DNA of 64,000 nucleotides from the NCBI GenBank assembly GCA_964408285.1, contig CAYOYV010000004.1, forward strand, positions 1-64,000, written 5' to 3'. This DNA comes from an uncultured Nitrososphaerota archaeon (GTDB taxonomy: Archaea > Thermoproteota > EX4484-205 > JAAOZO01). Made by a program: the position numbers and the translations under genes. The notes under the pieces were generated by a model. That model was not told the DNA's origin. It saw only the letters and a program-made list of their open reading frames with translations, and ran no database searches. This document shows, piece after piece, positions 38,935-48,451 of this stretch; the stretch's first letter is position 1; each line of letters begins with the position of its first letter.

Positions 38935-39045
38935 CTAGCATTCTTCCATATGAATTGATTTTTATGGGCATCATCCACGATCAACGCGTCATGTTTAAGG
39001 GCATTGTTTTTATCATTACGTTTTGATAAGTAGGTCGTTATCTAG

Positions 39046-40119
39046 ATGTCCCAAGAGTCCCGACTGACATGGGCCCTCAAAATCCCCAAAACGGGCTACG
39101 AGAAGGTCCGGCCCACGCTAAGAATTCTTGGTATACTGGATCCAGAGTATGAGCCACGGGTGGAGGGAGATTACATATTCGTGCCGGCAATTCGAAATGC
39201 ATACAGTTCAAACCTAGACAAAATACCCATCATGACGGAGATAGTGCAGAGGCAGCTCAAACTTAGGAAAAGAAGACCAAAGGATCTAAGGGATGCTCTG
39301 TCCGCTATTCTCCCCAAGGAGGTTCTAAGGGACTTCAGGAGATCCTTTGACATAGTAGGAGACACCGTCATCATAGAACCCACGGACATTATGAAAATCC
39401 ATAGAAGCCAGATGGTGGAGGCCCTAAGGTCAATCCATCCAAACATCCGGATGATATTAGCCAAGACATCACCGATTTCCGGAGAGGAAAGGATAGCTTC
39501 GTATGAAACTTGGTTCGGAGAAGGCCCAACGGAGACAATCCACAAGGAGCACGGCTGTACCTATCTTCTAGATATGACCAAGGTATTCTTCACTCCCAGG
39601 CTATCCACTGAAAGGAAAAGGGTAGCCTCTTTAGTCGGGCAAGGTGAGGCTATCTGCGATCTATTCGCAGGAATCGGTCCTTTCTCAATACTCATAGCGA
39701 AAACCCAGATTAGCTGCAAGGTATTTGCATGTGACATCAATCCAGCAGCCTATGAATACCTATCGAGGAATGTCTCTCTGAACAAGGTGGCATCAAGGGT
39801 AAAGCCATTCCTTGGAAACGCGAGGGCGCTGGCCTCAAGCAGACTCAAACGAACTGCAGATAGGGTGATAATGAATCTTCCCAAGGGGGCCGAGCTATAT
39901 CTGGACGTCGCATTAGATGCTCTAAGCGAAAAAGGTGGGGTGATTCACCTGTACCTCTTCAGGTCAGAACAAGAGGATGGGAAACGCAGAGTTGACCAGA
40001 TAACATCAGAAATGTGTGGATTGGGGGCATCAGATGTTCAGGTGCTTCTACACAAGAAGGTAAGAGAGGTGGCTCCATTTCTTTACAACGAGGTCGTAGA
40101 TCTCAGAGTCACCACATAA
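39046..40119 (+). CDS. trm5: Trm5-family tRNA (m1G37) methyltransferase
   Basis: FDIVGD, HKEHGC, KVFFTPRLSTER, DLFAGIGPF, DINP and DRVIMNLP. Confidence 0.85.
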   Translation: MSQESRLTWALKIPKTGYEKVRPTLRILGILDPEYEPRVEGDYIFVPAIRNAYSSNLDKIPIMTEIVQRQLKLRKRRPKDLRDALSAILPKEVLRDFRRSFDIVGDTVIIEPTDIMKIHRSQMVEALRSIHPNIRMILAKTSPISGEERIASYETWFGEGPTETIHKEHGCTYLLDMTKVFFTPRLSTERKRVASLVGQGEAICDLFAGIGPFSILIAKTQISCKVFACDINPAAYEYLSRNVSLNKVASRVKPFLGNARALASSRLKRTADRVIMNLPKGAELYLDVALDALSEKGGVIHLYLFRSEQEDGKRRVDQITSEMCGLGASDVQVLLHKKVREVAPFLYNEVVDLRVTT

Positions 40120-40163
40120 TTTTATCTTCCCTGTGGCTTGAGCGCAAAGAGCACTCTGCGAGT

Positions 40164-40592
40164 TCATTGGAAGGTCTCCAGCTCCATGGACATCTTCGTT
40201 TCCGGGGATCTGAGAGCCGAGATTATTCTCCTATCGATGTCCGACGCCGACCTATCGCAATTCAAGCAAACTGTCCTATCGTCGATGAAATCACTCTTCC
40301 TAAAAACCAAGGAGGTCGTGCTCTCAATGTTCAGCGCCGTTGATCCAATTCCCCAGATCACATCGCACAGGTTGCCTACTCTTATTGTAGTCCTCAATCT
40401 GGCGCCCCGTTTCAAGGACCGTTTCAATTCCTGGTCCAGATGAGAGGCGGCCTTACTGGCCGCAACTGCAATTATACACGTCCCCCTTCTTCCAAGCTCT
40501 TCTTCCCTTGTCACTTCAAAGGTCGTTCTGTGAATGCCCCTGACATTCCGGTGGCCGGAGGCTTCGATCTTATCGAAGGCCAAGCGCTGCAT
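40164..40592 (-). CDS. DUF371 family protein
   Basis: GHRNVRGIHRTTFEVT, GTCII, VFRKSDFIDDRT and ASDIDR. Confidence 0.85.
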   Translation of the reverse strand: MQRLAFDKIEASGHRNVRGIHRTTFEVTREEELGRRGTCIIAVAASKAASHLDQELKRSLKRGARLRTTIRVGNLCDVIWGIGSTALNIESTTSLVFRKSDFIDDRTVCLNCDRSASDIDRRIISALRSPETKMSMELETFQ

Positions 40593-40633
40593 TACTAACC
40601 CATATATCCGGGCAGATTTGAGCTTAATAGAGT

Positions 40634-41308
40634 TTGGAGGCCTTCAGCACCAGAAGGAGGAGGCTCGTACAAGATCTGAAATCAGTGGGAATAATCAGAT
40701 CAAGTCGCGTGGAGAGGGCCTTTCTTACAGTGCCAAGGGAGGAGTTCGTGCCAATTGAGCTGAGGCAAGACGCATATCTTGACTGCCCTCTGCCCCTAAT
40801 GGGAACGGGTCAAACGATTTCAGCCCCTCATATGGTCGCTTACATGGCTGAGGCCCTAGATCTCGTTGGTTGCCAAAAGGTGCTAGAGGTGGGTGCAGGA
40901 AGCGGCTATGCCGCAGCGATACTGGCCGAGATATTGAACCCGACTTCAGAAGAGGTAGAATGTCCCAAGGTCTACTCCGTGGAGATAGACCGTGCATTGA
41001 TCAGCTTCGCTAGGGCAAACCTAGACAGGACGGGTTACGCCAACAGAGTTGAAGTGGTGGAAGGAGATGGCACATTGGGTCTACCTCGTCTAGCTCCCTT
41101 TGATAGGATATTGGTATCGGCAGCCGCCCCATATGTCCCTCCCAATCTGACGGAGCAATTGGCAGAAGGTGGAAAGATGCTCGTGCCAATAGGCACGGGG
41201 CTTTGGGGCCAACAACTCTATCTTATCATCAAGGAAAAGGGGAAGACGAGCAAACACTACATCATGGACGTTGCATTCGTGAGCCTAAGGGGCACCCATG
41301 GGTTCTGA
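40634..41308 (+). CDS. pcm: Protein-L-isoaspartate O-methyltransferase
   Basis: VPREEFVP, GQTISAPHM, VLEVGAGSGY, GDGTLG and APFDRI. Confidence 0.95.
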   Translation: MEAFSTRRRRLVQDLKSVGIIRSSRVERAFLTVPREEFVPIELRQDAYLDCPLPLMGTGQTISAPHMVAYMAEALDLVGCQKVLEVGAGSGYAAAILAEILNPTSEEVECPKVYSVEIDRALISFARANLDRTGYANRVEVVEGDGTLGLPRLAPFDRILVSAAAPYVPPNLTEQLAEGGKMLVPIGTGLWGQQLYLIIKEKGKTSKHYIMDVAFVSLRGTHGF

Positions 41309-41526
41309 CAACCCACGCGTAGGCGAATCTATGCCGCAGTTGAGATCCCTGAGCGTTTTCACCATCGCGCTCAGGATTTACCGGGTACAAACATGTGCTC
41401 GTCATTACAATGGCGCTAGCGAACAGATCAGATAAACAAGGCCCAGCCATTGGTTTGCGAGTATCCTGCACTCTCATGCAGGCCTCCCCCAAGGTTCACT
41501 TCCCCAAGAAATTCTCCTGCCCATTG

Positions 41527-42483
41527 TCACAGAATTACTTCCTCTCCTGGGACTCTCCTGAATGGTTGAATGTCACCTATGTGCTTGGCTCCTACCAGAA
41601 ATCGTACGAGCCGCTCCACCCCAATTCCTGCACCAGCGCTCGGAGAAAGCAATCCCGTCCCTGCAACCTGCAGATATGCTTCGAAATCCTTCGGATCTAG
41701 CCCGTCCTTTTGTATTCTTGCCAAGATTCTCTTGTACTCCCATTCCCTTTCGCCTCCAGAAACCCCCTCCCCATAGCCTTCAGGGTAGACGAGATCGTAG
41801 TTCCTGAAATGCCCGGGTTTTTCCGGATCCTCTCTGTCGTAAAATTCCCTCCTGAAGCAGGTAACCCAGAACGGGAACTTATGTTCGGAAGAAGCCAGAT
41901 TCTCCCATTGCTCGCCGTATTTCGCCTGAAGTTGATGGGAGGTATACACCGTGAATGGCTTTGAAGGCATATTCAATTTCCTCCTAAGACGTTCCAACTC
42001 CTCCTTTCTTTCAGAAACGACGGTCGAGACGACTTCGATCACCAAATCCTCAAGCAGTGACATGACATCCTGCATAATACCGCCTCTTATCTCAAAGTCC
42101 ATCTGGGTGAACTCAAACAAGTGTTTGCCAGTTTCTTTTCTTTTCTTATCCTCCAATCTTATGTTCGGGGACATTATGAAAATTCTGTCGGCCCCTGTCA
42201 GCAACGAAAGCTGTTTATGTAATAACATGCTTTGAGTTAGAACAAGTTCTTCCTCGTAGTACTTTATTCGCGGGATCATTATAACAGAGCTGCCAGGATC
42301 TGGCCCTAGGGGATCCGTAACCCTTGATGTTATTACTGGCATTAGCTGAACAAAATCCCTTGAGACCATGAAGTCTTCAATTGTTCTTAGAGCGGTCGTT
42401 TGGATCTTCAGGGCAGGGAGTAACCGTTCACTCTGAAAGGACGCAAGGGAGCTCCTAAGCGCTCCTTGGCCAACCTCCTTCAT
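41527..42483 (-). CDS. asnA: Archaeal asparagine synthetase A (AsnRS-like, no anticodon domain)
   Basis: TDPLGPDP, LTQSM..HKQ, SPNIRLE, HLFEFTQMDFE, SGGERE and AGAGIGVER. Confidence 0.85.
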   Translation of the reverse strand: MKEVGQGALRSSLASFQSERLLPALKIQTTALRTIEDFMVSRDFVQLMPVITSRVTDPLGPDPGSSVIMIPRIKYYEEELVLTQSMLLHKQLSLLTGADRIFIMSPNIRLEDKKRKETGKHLFEFTQMDFEIRGGIMQDVMSLLEDLVIEVVSTVVSERKEELERLRRKLNMPSKPFTVYTSHQLQAKYGEQWENLASSEHKFPFWVTCFRREFYDREDPEKPGHFRNYDLVYPEGYGEGVSGGEREWEYKRILARIQKDGLDPKDFEAYLQVAGTGLLSPSAGAGIGVERLVRFLVGAKHIGDIQPFRRVPGEEVIL

Positions 42484-42755
42484 GGATGATCACCGAACCT
42501 TCGGTTTCGGTCCGTACATAAGATCTTGATGCAAGATTGCCCAAAATTGCCAGGAACTCAGGACACGACAAGGAAGAATCCGTAAATCTGACATACGCCT
42601 TCATATCGAACACTCCATTTCGGAGCGTCAGGCTCGGCTCTTTGGTTCAGGCTAGGTATGGGCTGGAGAGGAATACTCTCTGCTATTGCAGCACCACGCC
42701 TAGGATATTTTTGCACGATTGCTTGTGGGGAAACGCATTAACGAATGAGCGGCCT

Positions 42756-43778
42756 CTAGCTCATGAATTTTCCGAGGCCTGTTGCTCTTCTATCATACGT
42801 CAGGATAACGGGCTCAATGGCCTTTCTGACCCTCTCCTCCGAGAAATCATATTCGTCCACTAGAAACGAGAGTAGCTTATCTTGATCCGGCCTCTCGAGA
42901 TTCAGCTCCTTTATGTCGGTTACAGGTGGATTCATGAAGAATTGCTTTATCTGTTCCGTTTCCTCAGGCTTTTGAAGACCATTTTGTGCATATATCTCAT
43001 CGATGCTTAGTCCTTGCCTTATCAGTGCCAACGCCTTCTTAGGGCCTATCCCCTTTATGCCCTCGGTATAATCTGTGCCTACAATCATTGCGATCAGCAC
43101 AAGGGCTTCCCGTGAAATCCCAATCTCTTTGAGGGAGGCGTCGATGTCAATCAGTTCAGGGTTCACCTCAATATAGGACTTCTTTCCGGGAAGCTTCCTT
43201 CTTCCAGTTATCGCTAGATTTCTCACAATGAACTTAGCTCCAAAGAGCGCGGAATCATAGTCCTGGCTTGCAGTTGCAAACACCAATCCCTTCTTCGAGA
43301 GATAGGCAGCTTCTGCTTCGCCCTCCGACGGCGCATCCACAGTCGGGATTCCCAGCAGTCGCAGCAATTGCTTTCCGCTAGACAATATGTGTTGATCTAT
43401 CCTTGAGGCTGCTTGGGCGAACTTCTTGGCCTGCTCCAGCTGACCCTCTCTCAGCGCCTCATCGTATTTCTGCCTAGCCTCCTCCCGCCTCTGGCTTCTC
43501 TCTCGAACCTCCTTGATCTTGAAATCCGGAGGCTTTCCATCGAATACATAGACGGGTCGGATGTTGTTTGTCAAGAGGTTGCAGGTTCTATAAAATATCC
43601 CCGATAGATGGCTAGTCACCTTGCCTTGTCTATTTGAAAGAGGGCGTCCATCAGGTCCTCGGATTATGGCCAGGAATTGATAGAGCGCATTGTGACCATC
43701 TATGGCCACTGCCTTTGAGCCGAGACGATGAAGATCAATTTCCTCCTTTACTAGTATCTCTCCTATGTCGGCACCCAT
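42756..43778 (-). CDS. fen: Flap endonuclease 1
   Basis: AIDGHNALYQFL, TSHLSG, VFDGKPP, APSEGEAEAA, SQDYD, GTDY and GIGPKKA; start ATG 43778. Confidence 0.95.
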   Translation of the reverse strand: MGADIGEILVKEEIDLHRLGSKAVAIDGHNALYQFLAIIRGPDGRPLSNRQGKVTSHLSGIFYRTCNLLTNNIRPVYVFDGKPPDFKIKEVRERSQRREEARQKYDEALREGQLEQAKKFAQAASRIDQHILSSGKQLLRLLGIPTVDAPSEGEAEAAYLSKKGLVFATASQDYDSALFGAKFIVRNLAITGRRKLPGKKSYIEVNPELIDIDASLKEIGISREALVLIAMIVGTDYTEGIKGIGPKKALALIRQGLSIDEIYAQNGLQKPEETEQIKQFFMNPPVTDIKELNLERPDQDKLLSFLVDEYDFSEERVRKAIEPVILTYDRRATGLGKFMS

Positions 43779-43809
43779 CCAACCATAAAATAAATCGCTT
43801 TGGAGAATA

Positions 43810-44046
43810 TTAAGTTGTAGTTTGGTCCTTTCGCACGTATTCAATCAACAAGTTCTTCTTAGCCAATCTAACTGCAGAGATCGTTCCAGACAGCTCAAGC
43901 CTCATGAGTATCCTGACTATATCCTTTTCCTGAACTTCTGGATCGCTCTTTTTGACCTCCTTCAATAGATCCTCAAGCTTAATCGAGTTCTTCGATTTTA
44001 TTATGTTCAAGACTTCACTTGGAAGCAGAACCGAGGGTGTGCTCAT
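43810..44046 (-). CDS. Small winged-helix-like protein
   Basis: 78 aa with DIVRILMRLELSGTI; overlaps the EF-1beta stop, so probably co-transcribed. Confidence 0.55.
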   Translation of the reverse strand: MSTPSVLLPSEVLNIIKSKNSIKLEDLLKEVKKSDPEVQEKDIVRILMRLELSGTISAVRLAKKNLLIEYVRKDQTTT

Positions 44047-44333
44047 TTTGGCTTGCTCACATCTATGAATCTCCTTTCGCTCTCTATGGTGATTTCGCCC
44101 ACACCCTTAATGCCCTTTATTTTGTCCTCGTAGACCTGACTTATGCCTTCTGTCTCAGGCGCAGTTATGTCCACAATGAGGGCTTCTATGCCGTAGGCTA
44201 TTGGATCGTTCCTCACATTCAATATCCTCTCCTCTGGGAAGGCGCGCCTCATCGCAAGGAGAATCTCGTCGAGGGAAACCTGATCCCCCTCGGGGAAAAT
44301 ACGGATGGTCATCACGATTCTTTTCTCAGTCAT
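44043..44333 (-). CDS. ef1b: Translation elongation factor aEF-1beta
   Basis: IFPE, DPIAYGIEAL and IKGIKGV motifs; follows the DUF1610 gene as is typical. Confidence 0.88.
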   Translation of the reverse strand: MTEKRIVMTIRIFPEGDQVSLDEILLAMRRAFPEERILNVRNDPIAYGIEALIVDITAPETEGISQVYEDKIKGIKGVGEITIESERRFIDVSKPK

Positions 44334-44342
44334 AGCAACTCC

Positions 44343-44504
44343 CTATGGTCCGGTGAAGCCACATTTCGGACAGATCCAATCCCTAACGAATTTTCTGTCC
44401 TTCTCTCCTCTCCAAATAGTCACTTCTCCGCAGTTGAAACAAAGAAACTTCACGTATCTCTCATGTGGATCTAAGGGCTTATTCGATGAAGTGCTCTTTG
44501 GCAT
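44343..44504 (-). CDS. DUF1610 (HVO_2753-like) small zinc-finger protein, 53 aa, absent from the ORF track
   Basis: Manual translation: MPKSTSSNKPLDPHERYVKFLCFNCGEVTIWRGEKDRKFVRDWICPKCGFTGP*; conserved position upstream of ef1b. Confidence 0.85.
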   Translation of the reverse strand: MPKSTSSNKPLDPHERYVKFLCFNCGEVTIWRGEKDRKFVRDWICPKCGFTGP

Positions 44505-44537
44505 TGGTTATGTCGGTCTGTCACCGGCTTCCTATGG

Positions 44538-45701
44538 CTATTTAAATGATGCATTGAACAGCCGCAAGCCAGCTCTGAGACAGAAAGAAAGCCAAAAAGG
44601 ATTCAGCCTAATCATCTTAATAATTCCAGACGGAGATCCATGAAAATCAAAATCCGCGCGCTCAAGGAATCCGGAGGCCTTCTTCGTATTGATTCCGTGA
44701 GCTATTGTTTCGTAAAACAAGTCCTGTCCTATGCCGTTGATAACCCTGCGCATCAGAAACATATACTGCATCTGGGTTAGAAGTCTTCTTTCAAAGGGAT
44801 TCTCATCCTTCCGTGTCCCTTTTCCCGCCTCACTCAATAAGTCGCTTGCGGCGAGCCTTGCAGAGAGCCCGCCAAAGACTATGCCCCCACCGGAAGTTGC
44901 CTTCACCCTACCCACGGCATCTCCAACCCCGAGCACCCTTCCTGCCCTTGTTCTGCCCACTGGATCCCCAATCGGGATTCCCCATAGGTGGGGCTTGCCA
45001 ATCAACGAGGCGCCGAGCTTCCTTGACACTGATTCCAGAGATCGCAAGACATCATGTTTTCTGGATGCAACTCCTATTCTGGCCAATTCCTCGTCTAGGG
45101 GCACAACATATGCGAAGAAATCGGGAGCCACCTCATTTGAGAGGAAAACCGTCGCCAAAGAGGGATCAGTCTTCACTCTCGCAATTGACTGGGCAGAGGG
45201 AAACACGCCACTTACTTTCCTTTCTCGCCACACGCTCCGATTGATTCTCCCTGCGATCCCATCGGCAACTATCGCGTAATCGGCTCGAAACTGCTTTCCC
45301 CTTTCATTGGTGACTGTGACGGTTGAGGAGTTCTGCTCAAGAGCCACCGCCCTTTCCGTTGTAAATATCCTTGAGCCGTTCCCTTGCGCAATCTCTGATA
45401 GGTACAAATCCAATCTCTTCCTTGAGATCACTTTGGCGATTGGGTTACGAATTCTGAATTCCAGTTCCTCAGATCCGTTCGTGAATCTGACCCCGTAAAG
45501 GGAGTTCAAATCGAGAACAGATCTGAGGGGGATTCCCAACTTCTCATGATAGTCAGATGAGACCATTCCAGCGCAGTGAGACGGAATGCCAACCTGCTCA
45601 TGTTCTTCCAGTAGCACGACATTTACACCTGACCTAGAAAGCTCTATAGCGGAAACTAGGCCACTTACGCCGGCACCAATCACGATGACATCCAAGGACA
45701 A
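44538..45701 (-). CDS. Geranylgeranyl reductase-family FAD oxidoreductase
   Basis: VIGAGVSG, HCAG, ADG and VGDAVGRVKATSGGGI. Confidence 0.82.
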   Translation of the reverse strand: MSLDVIVIGAGVSGLVSAIELSRSGVNVVLLEEHEQVGIPSHCAGMVSSDYHEKLGIPLRSVLDLNSLYGVRFTNGSEELEFRIRNPIAKVISRKRLDLYLSEIAQGNGSRIFTTERAVALEQNSSTVTVTNERGKQFRADYAIVADGIAGRINRSVWRERKVSGVFPSAQSIARVKTDPSLATVFLSNEVAPDFFAYVVPLDEELARIGVASRKHDVLRSLESVSRKLGASLIGKPHLWGIPIGDPVGRTRAGRVLGVGDAVGRVKATSGGGIVFGGLSARLAASDLLSEAGKGTRKDENPFERRLLTQMQYMFLMRRVINGIGQDLFYETIAHGINTKKASGFLERADFDFHGSPSGIIKMIRLNPFWLSFCLRAGLRLFNASFK

Positions 45702-45926
45702 TCCCTCCCAAAGGGGCTCAGCTAGTTCTGCATCAATTCTTCATCACGCGTTTTAAACCTAACACTGACCCAAATTGAATTCTTCAGATGACCGCTTTGT
45801 AGCGCCTTAGGGCCCCGCAGGATCTCGGATGACCTTGCCTACTCTTGGGCAGGACAGGAGGAGTTCCTCCAAATGCCAAGAAACGTTAAGAAAGGCTGTT
45901 ATGAGGTATTCAGCCGGGTACTTGGT

Positions 45927-46289
45927 ATGAGGTTCGAGTTCAAACAATGCCTTATTGCCAGAGCCGACCTGCAAATCTCAACAGGCAAGCTTGCAGCTCA
46001 AATAGCACATGCAGCAGTAGATTCTGCTGAAGCAGCTAGAAAGACCAAGCGAGGCTGGTACGGGAAGTGGGTAAGCGAGGGGCAAAAGAAAGTCGTGCTG
46101 TTGGCGAATTCGCTGGATCATCTCTTGAACTTGGAGAAAAAGGCCAAAGCCCTGAAATTGCCAACGGCTCTTATAAAGGACATGGGCTTGACCGAATTAC
46201 CAGCCGGCACGGTGACTGCACTGGGAATAGGTCCAGCGCCAGAGGAAATAATCGATAAGGTCACGTCAAGTCTGCCTCTTTTGAAATGA
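45927..46289 (+). CDS. pth2: Peptidyl-tRNA hydrolase Pth2
   Basis: KQCLIARADL..GKLAAQIAHA, GQKKVVL, DMGLTEL and LGIGP. Confidence 0.93.
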   Translation: MRFEFKQCLIARADLQISTGKLAAQIAHAAVDSAEAARKTKRGWYGKWVSEGQKKVVLLANSLDHLLNLEKKAKALKLPTALIKDMGLTELPAGTVTALGIGPAPEEIIDKVTSSLPLLK

Positions 46290-47653
46290 AGACGTTCATC
46301 CTTCCTCTAACCGTAGAGGAATTGCAGGCGGTGCTCAGAGGAAATCTCTGGGATCGGATAATCGGAATTCAGGGTTATCGCTTTCCTGAGTCATCGATCG
46401 TTTCCAATTTCAGGATCCGGGAGACTCCTGAGGATTTCCGTGTATCTGAGAAAATAAGAGAAGGTGAGATCAAAAGGATAATCGCCGCCAAGAAAGTCGA
46501 ACCAAGCTCATATCGGTACGCAATCTACTTGGCCAACAAAAAGAAAATGGAAACGTCAGAGTTGGTCAGAACCCTCGCTTCTTCGATGGGGCTCCAAGTG
46601 TGGGAAATAAAACACCTAGGTCTAAAGGACAAAAGGGCAGTAACCTCGCAGTTCCTCTGCGCTAAACTCCGGAGAGAGATGAGGCCCCCGATCAGAATGC
46701 AAGGGACTCATTGGGATGCGGAACTATGTGGATTTTCTGACAGGCCCTTGAACCCTGAGGACGTGATTGGCAATGCATTCGAGATAACGTTGAAGGTTGA
46801 GGAATCAATAGACAGAGATCAACTCGATTCGTTCTTCAGGCGATTTGTTCATTGGTCTACAACGAATGGAATTCCTGACTTCTACGGCTATCAGAGATTC
46901 GGGACAACTAGGCCAATCAATCATGTCTTGGGATACCTAATGATGAAGCGGGACTTCGTGGGGGCCTGCGATATTGTCCTAGGACTAGGGTCCTCATTTG
47001 AACCAGATAGATTGAGAACTGAAAGGGATGAGTACCGAAGGAGCCACAATCCGACAAAGCTATTGCGGGAGCTGCCCAGATCATTCAGGATTGAGAGAAA
47101 TCTTTGTTTTAGTCTATCCAGAGGAAAGACGGAAAAAGAGGCATTCATGAGATTGCCCATCACGGAGATCAGATTTCTACTGGAGTCCTTTTCGAACTTC
47201 ATATTCAATCTTACATTGAGCAAGTGGATAGGCGAAGGGGCTCGACCAACAAGGGGAGATTTCTTCGTCCCATTGGACGACTTTGGTTCTCCAATTGACG
47301 CCGTTGCGAAACTCACTGAGGAAACTGAACATGTTCTGCTCAACGATTTCGAGAGACAAAAGGCCGCCCCGGCGATTCCTCTGCCGGGCTACTTGACAGA
47401 AGAGACCATATATGATGAGACGAGGCAAATATTGGAGGAACTCGAAATCGATTGCAATTCGTTCCTATTCGAAGGTAAAACGCAGGCAAGCTATCCCGGC
47501 GGCTTCAGGCAAGCATTGACTTGGCCCAGGAATCTCGAGATATCTACGTCTAATTGGCCTCGCTGTAGGTTGTCTTTCTTACTCAAGAGAGGCTCATATG
47601 CAACCATTCTGCTAAGGGAGCTACTGAAGCCCAAGAGCCCGATCTCTGTCTGA
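46286..47653 (+). CDS. truD: tRNA pseudouridine(13) synthase
   Basis: PEDFRVSE, GLKDKRAVTSQ, GNAF, FYGYQRFG and GSYATILLRE. Confidence 0.92.
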   Translation: MKTFILPLTVEELQAVLRGNLWDRIIGIQGYRFPESSIVSNFRIRETPEDFRVSEKIREGEIKRIIAAKKVEPSSYRYAIYLANKKKMETSELVRTLASSMGLQVWEIKHLGLKDKRAVTSQFLCAKLRREMRPPIRMQGTHWDAELCGFSDRPLNPEDVIGNAFEITLKVEESIDRDQLDSFFRRFVHWSTTNGIPDFYGYQRFGTTRPINHVLGYLMMKRDFVGACDIVLGLGSSFEPDRLRTERDEYRRSHNPTKLLRELPRSFRIERNLCFSLSRGKTEKEAFMRLPITEIRFLLESFSNFIFNLTLSKWIGEGARPTRGDFFVPLDDFGSPIDAVAKLTEETEHVLLNDFERQKAAPAIPLPGYLTEETIYDETRQILEELEIDCNSFLFEGKTQASYPGGFRQALTWPRNLEISTSNWPRCRLSFLLKRGSYATILLRELLKPKSPISV

Positions 47654-47790
47654 TTCTAGGAGCTCCAGACGATGAGGAGGAAACATGACGGGGCGTTCGT
47701 ATGAATTCAGACCTAGAAAATGATATCAGATTTTCATATCCGCCTTAATCTTATTAATGAGTTAGGCTCATATGTATCTGGTGCTCTTGC

Positions 47791-48450
47791 TTGCTGCCAT
47801 CTGAGGCTTCGGCTAGGCTAAGGCGTGAGTCCCTGAACTTATGCCAAGAGTTAACCAGAGTGACCCTTGACTGCATAAGGACTCTTCACAACATGATTAC
47901 GGCCTTGTCAGAGGGGAATGCAAGCGAGGCGGTGAGTCTCTTCCCAAGAGTTTCCTCGCTTAAGGACGAGGCCACAAACCTGAAACGATCGTTGGCTGAA
48001 GCCCTGATCTCTGCTGGGGCGATCCTCTTCAGCAGAGAGGACTTCCTTAGGCTCGCCGTTCCATTGACAGAAATGTGTGACGGAGCCGAAGGCGTCGCCT
48101 TTCGCCTCAAGGAAGCATCAAGCCGTAAGGAATTTCCCGAGAAACAGGTGTTGGATGCCGTAAGGGCTCTTTCAGAAGGCGTGTTGGACTGCGCCCTCAA
48201 ATTGCGGGATGTTACCTATTCATTGAATTTCGATATAAGTAAGGTAGAGTCCCTGGTGACTTCTGTAGAGACCTCAGAAAGACAAGTGGATGACCTCTAT
48301 AGAAAGGCAGTCATCAAGCTCGTATACTCGAAAATGGAAGTCCCGAACCTTCTTCTGATGAGGGACGTTCTTGAGATGCTTGAGGAAGTAGCCGACAAGG
48401 CTGAGGACGCGGCTGACGCGTCTAGGATGCTTGCGCTGAGTGTTCTCTAG
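47791..48450 (+). CDS. DUF47/PhoU-like phosphate transport regulator
   Basis: SREDFLRL, ERQVDDLY and LEEVADKAEDAAD. Confidence 0.82.
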   Translation: MLPSEASARLRRESLNLCQELTRVTLDCIRTLHNMITALSEGNASEAVSLFPRVSSLKDEATNLKRSLAEALISAGAILFSREDFLRLAVPLTEMCDGAEGVAFRLKEASSRKEFPEKQVLDAVRALSEGVLDCALKLRDVTYSLNFDISKVESLVTSVETSERQVDDLYRKAVIKLVYSKMEVPNLLLMRDVLEMLEEVADKAEDAADASRMLALSVL

Positions 48451-48451
48451 G

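Noticed and set aside
41345-41378. Hairpin CCTGAGCG/CGCTCAGG between the convergent pcm and asnA genes
   Set aside because: Single copy with no U-tract or repeat family; at most a 3'-end structure.
41527-42483. Truncated asparaginyl-tRNA synthetase pseudogene
   Set aside because: Size and motifs fit the known archaeal AsnRS-like asparagine synthetase, which naturally lacks the anticodon domain.
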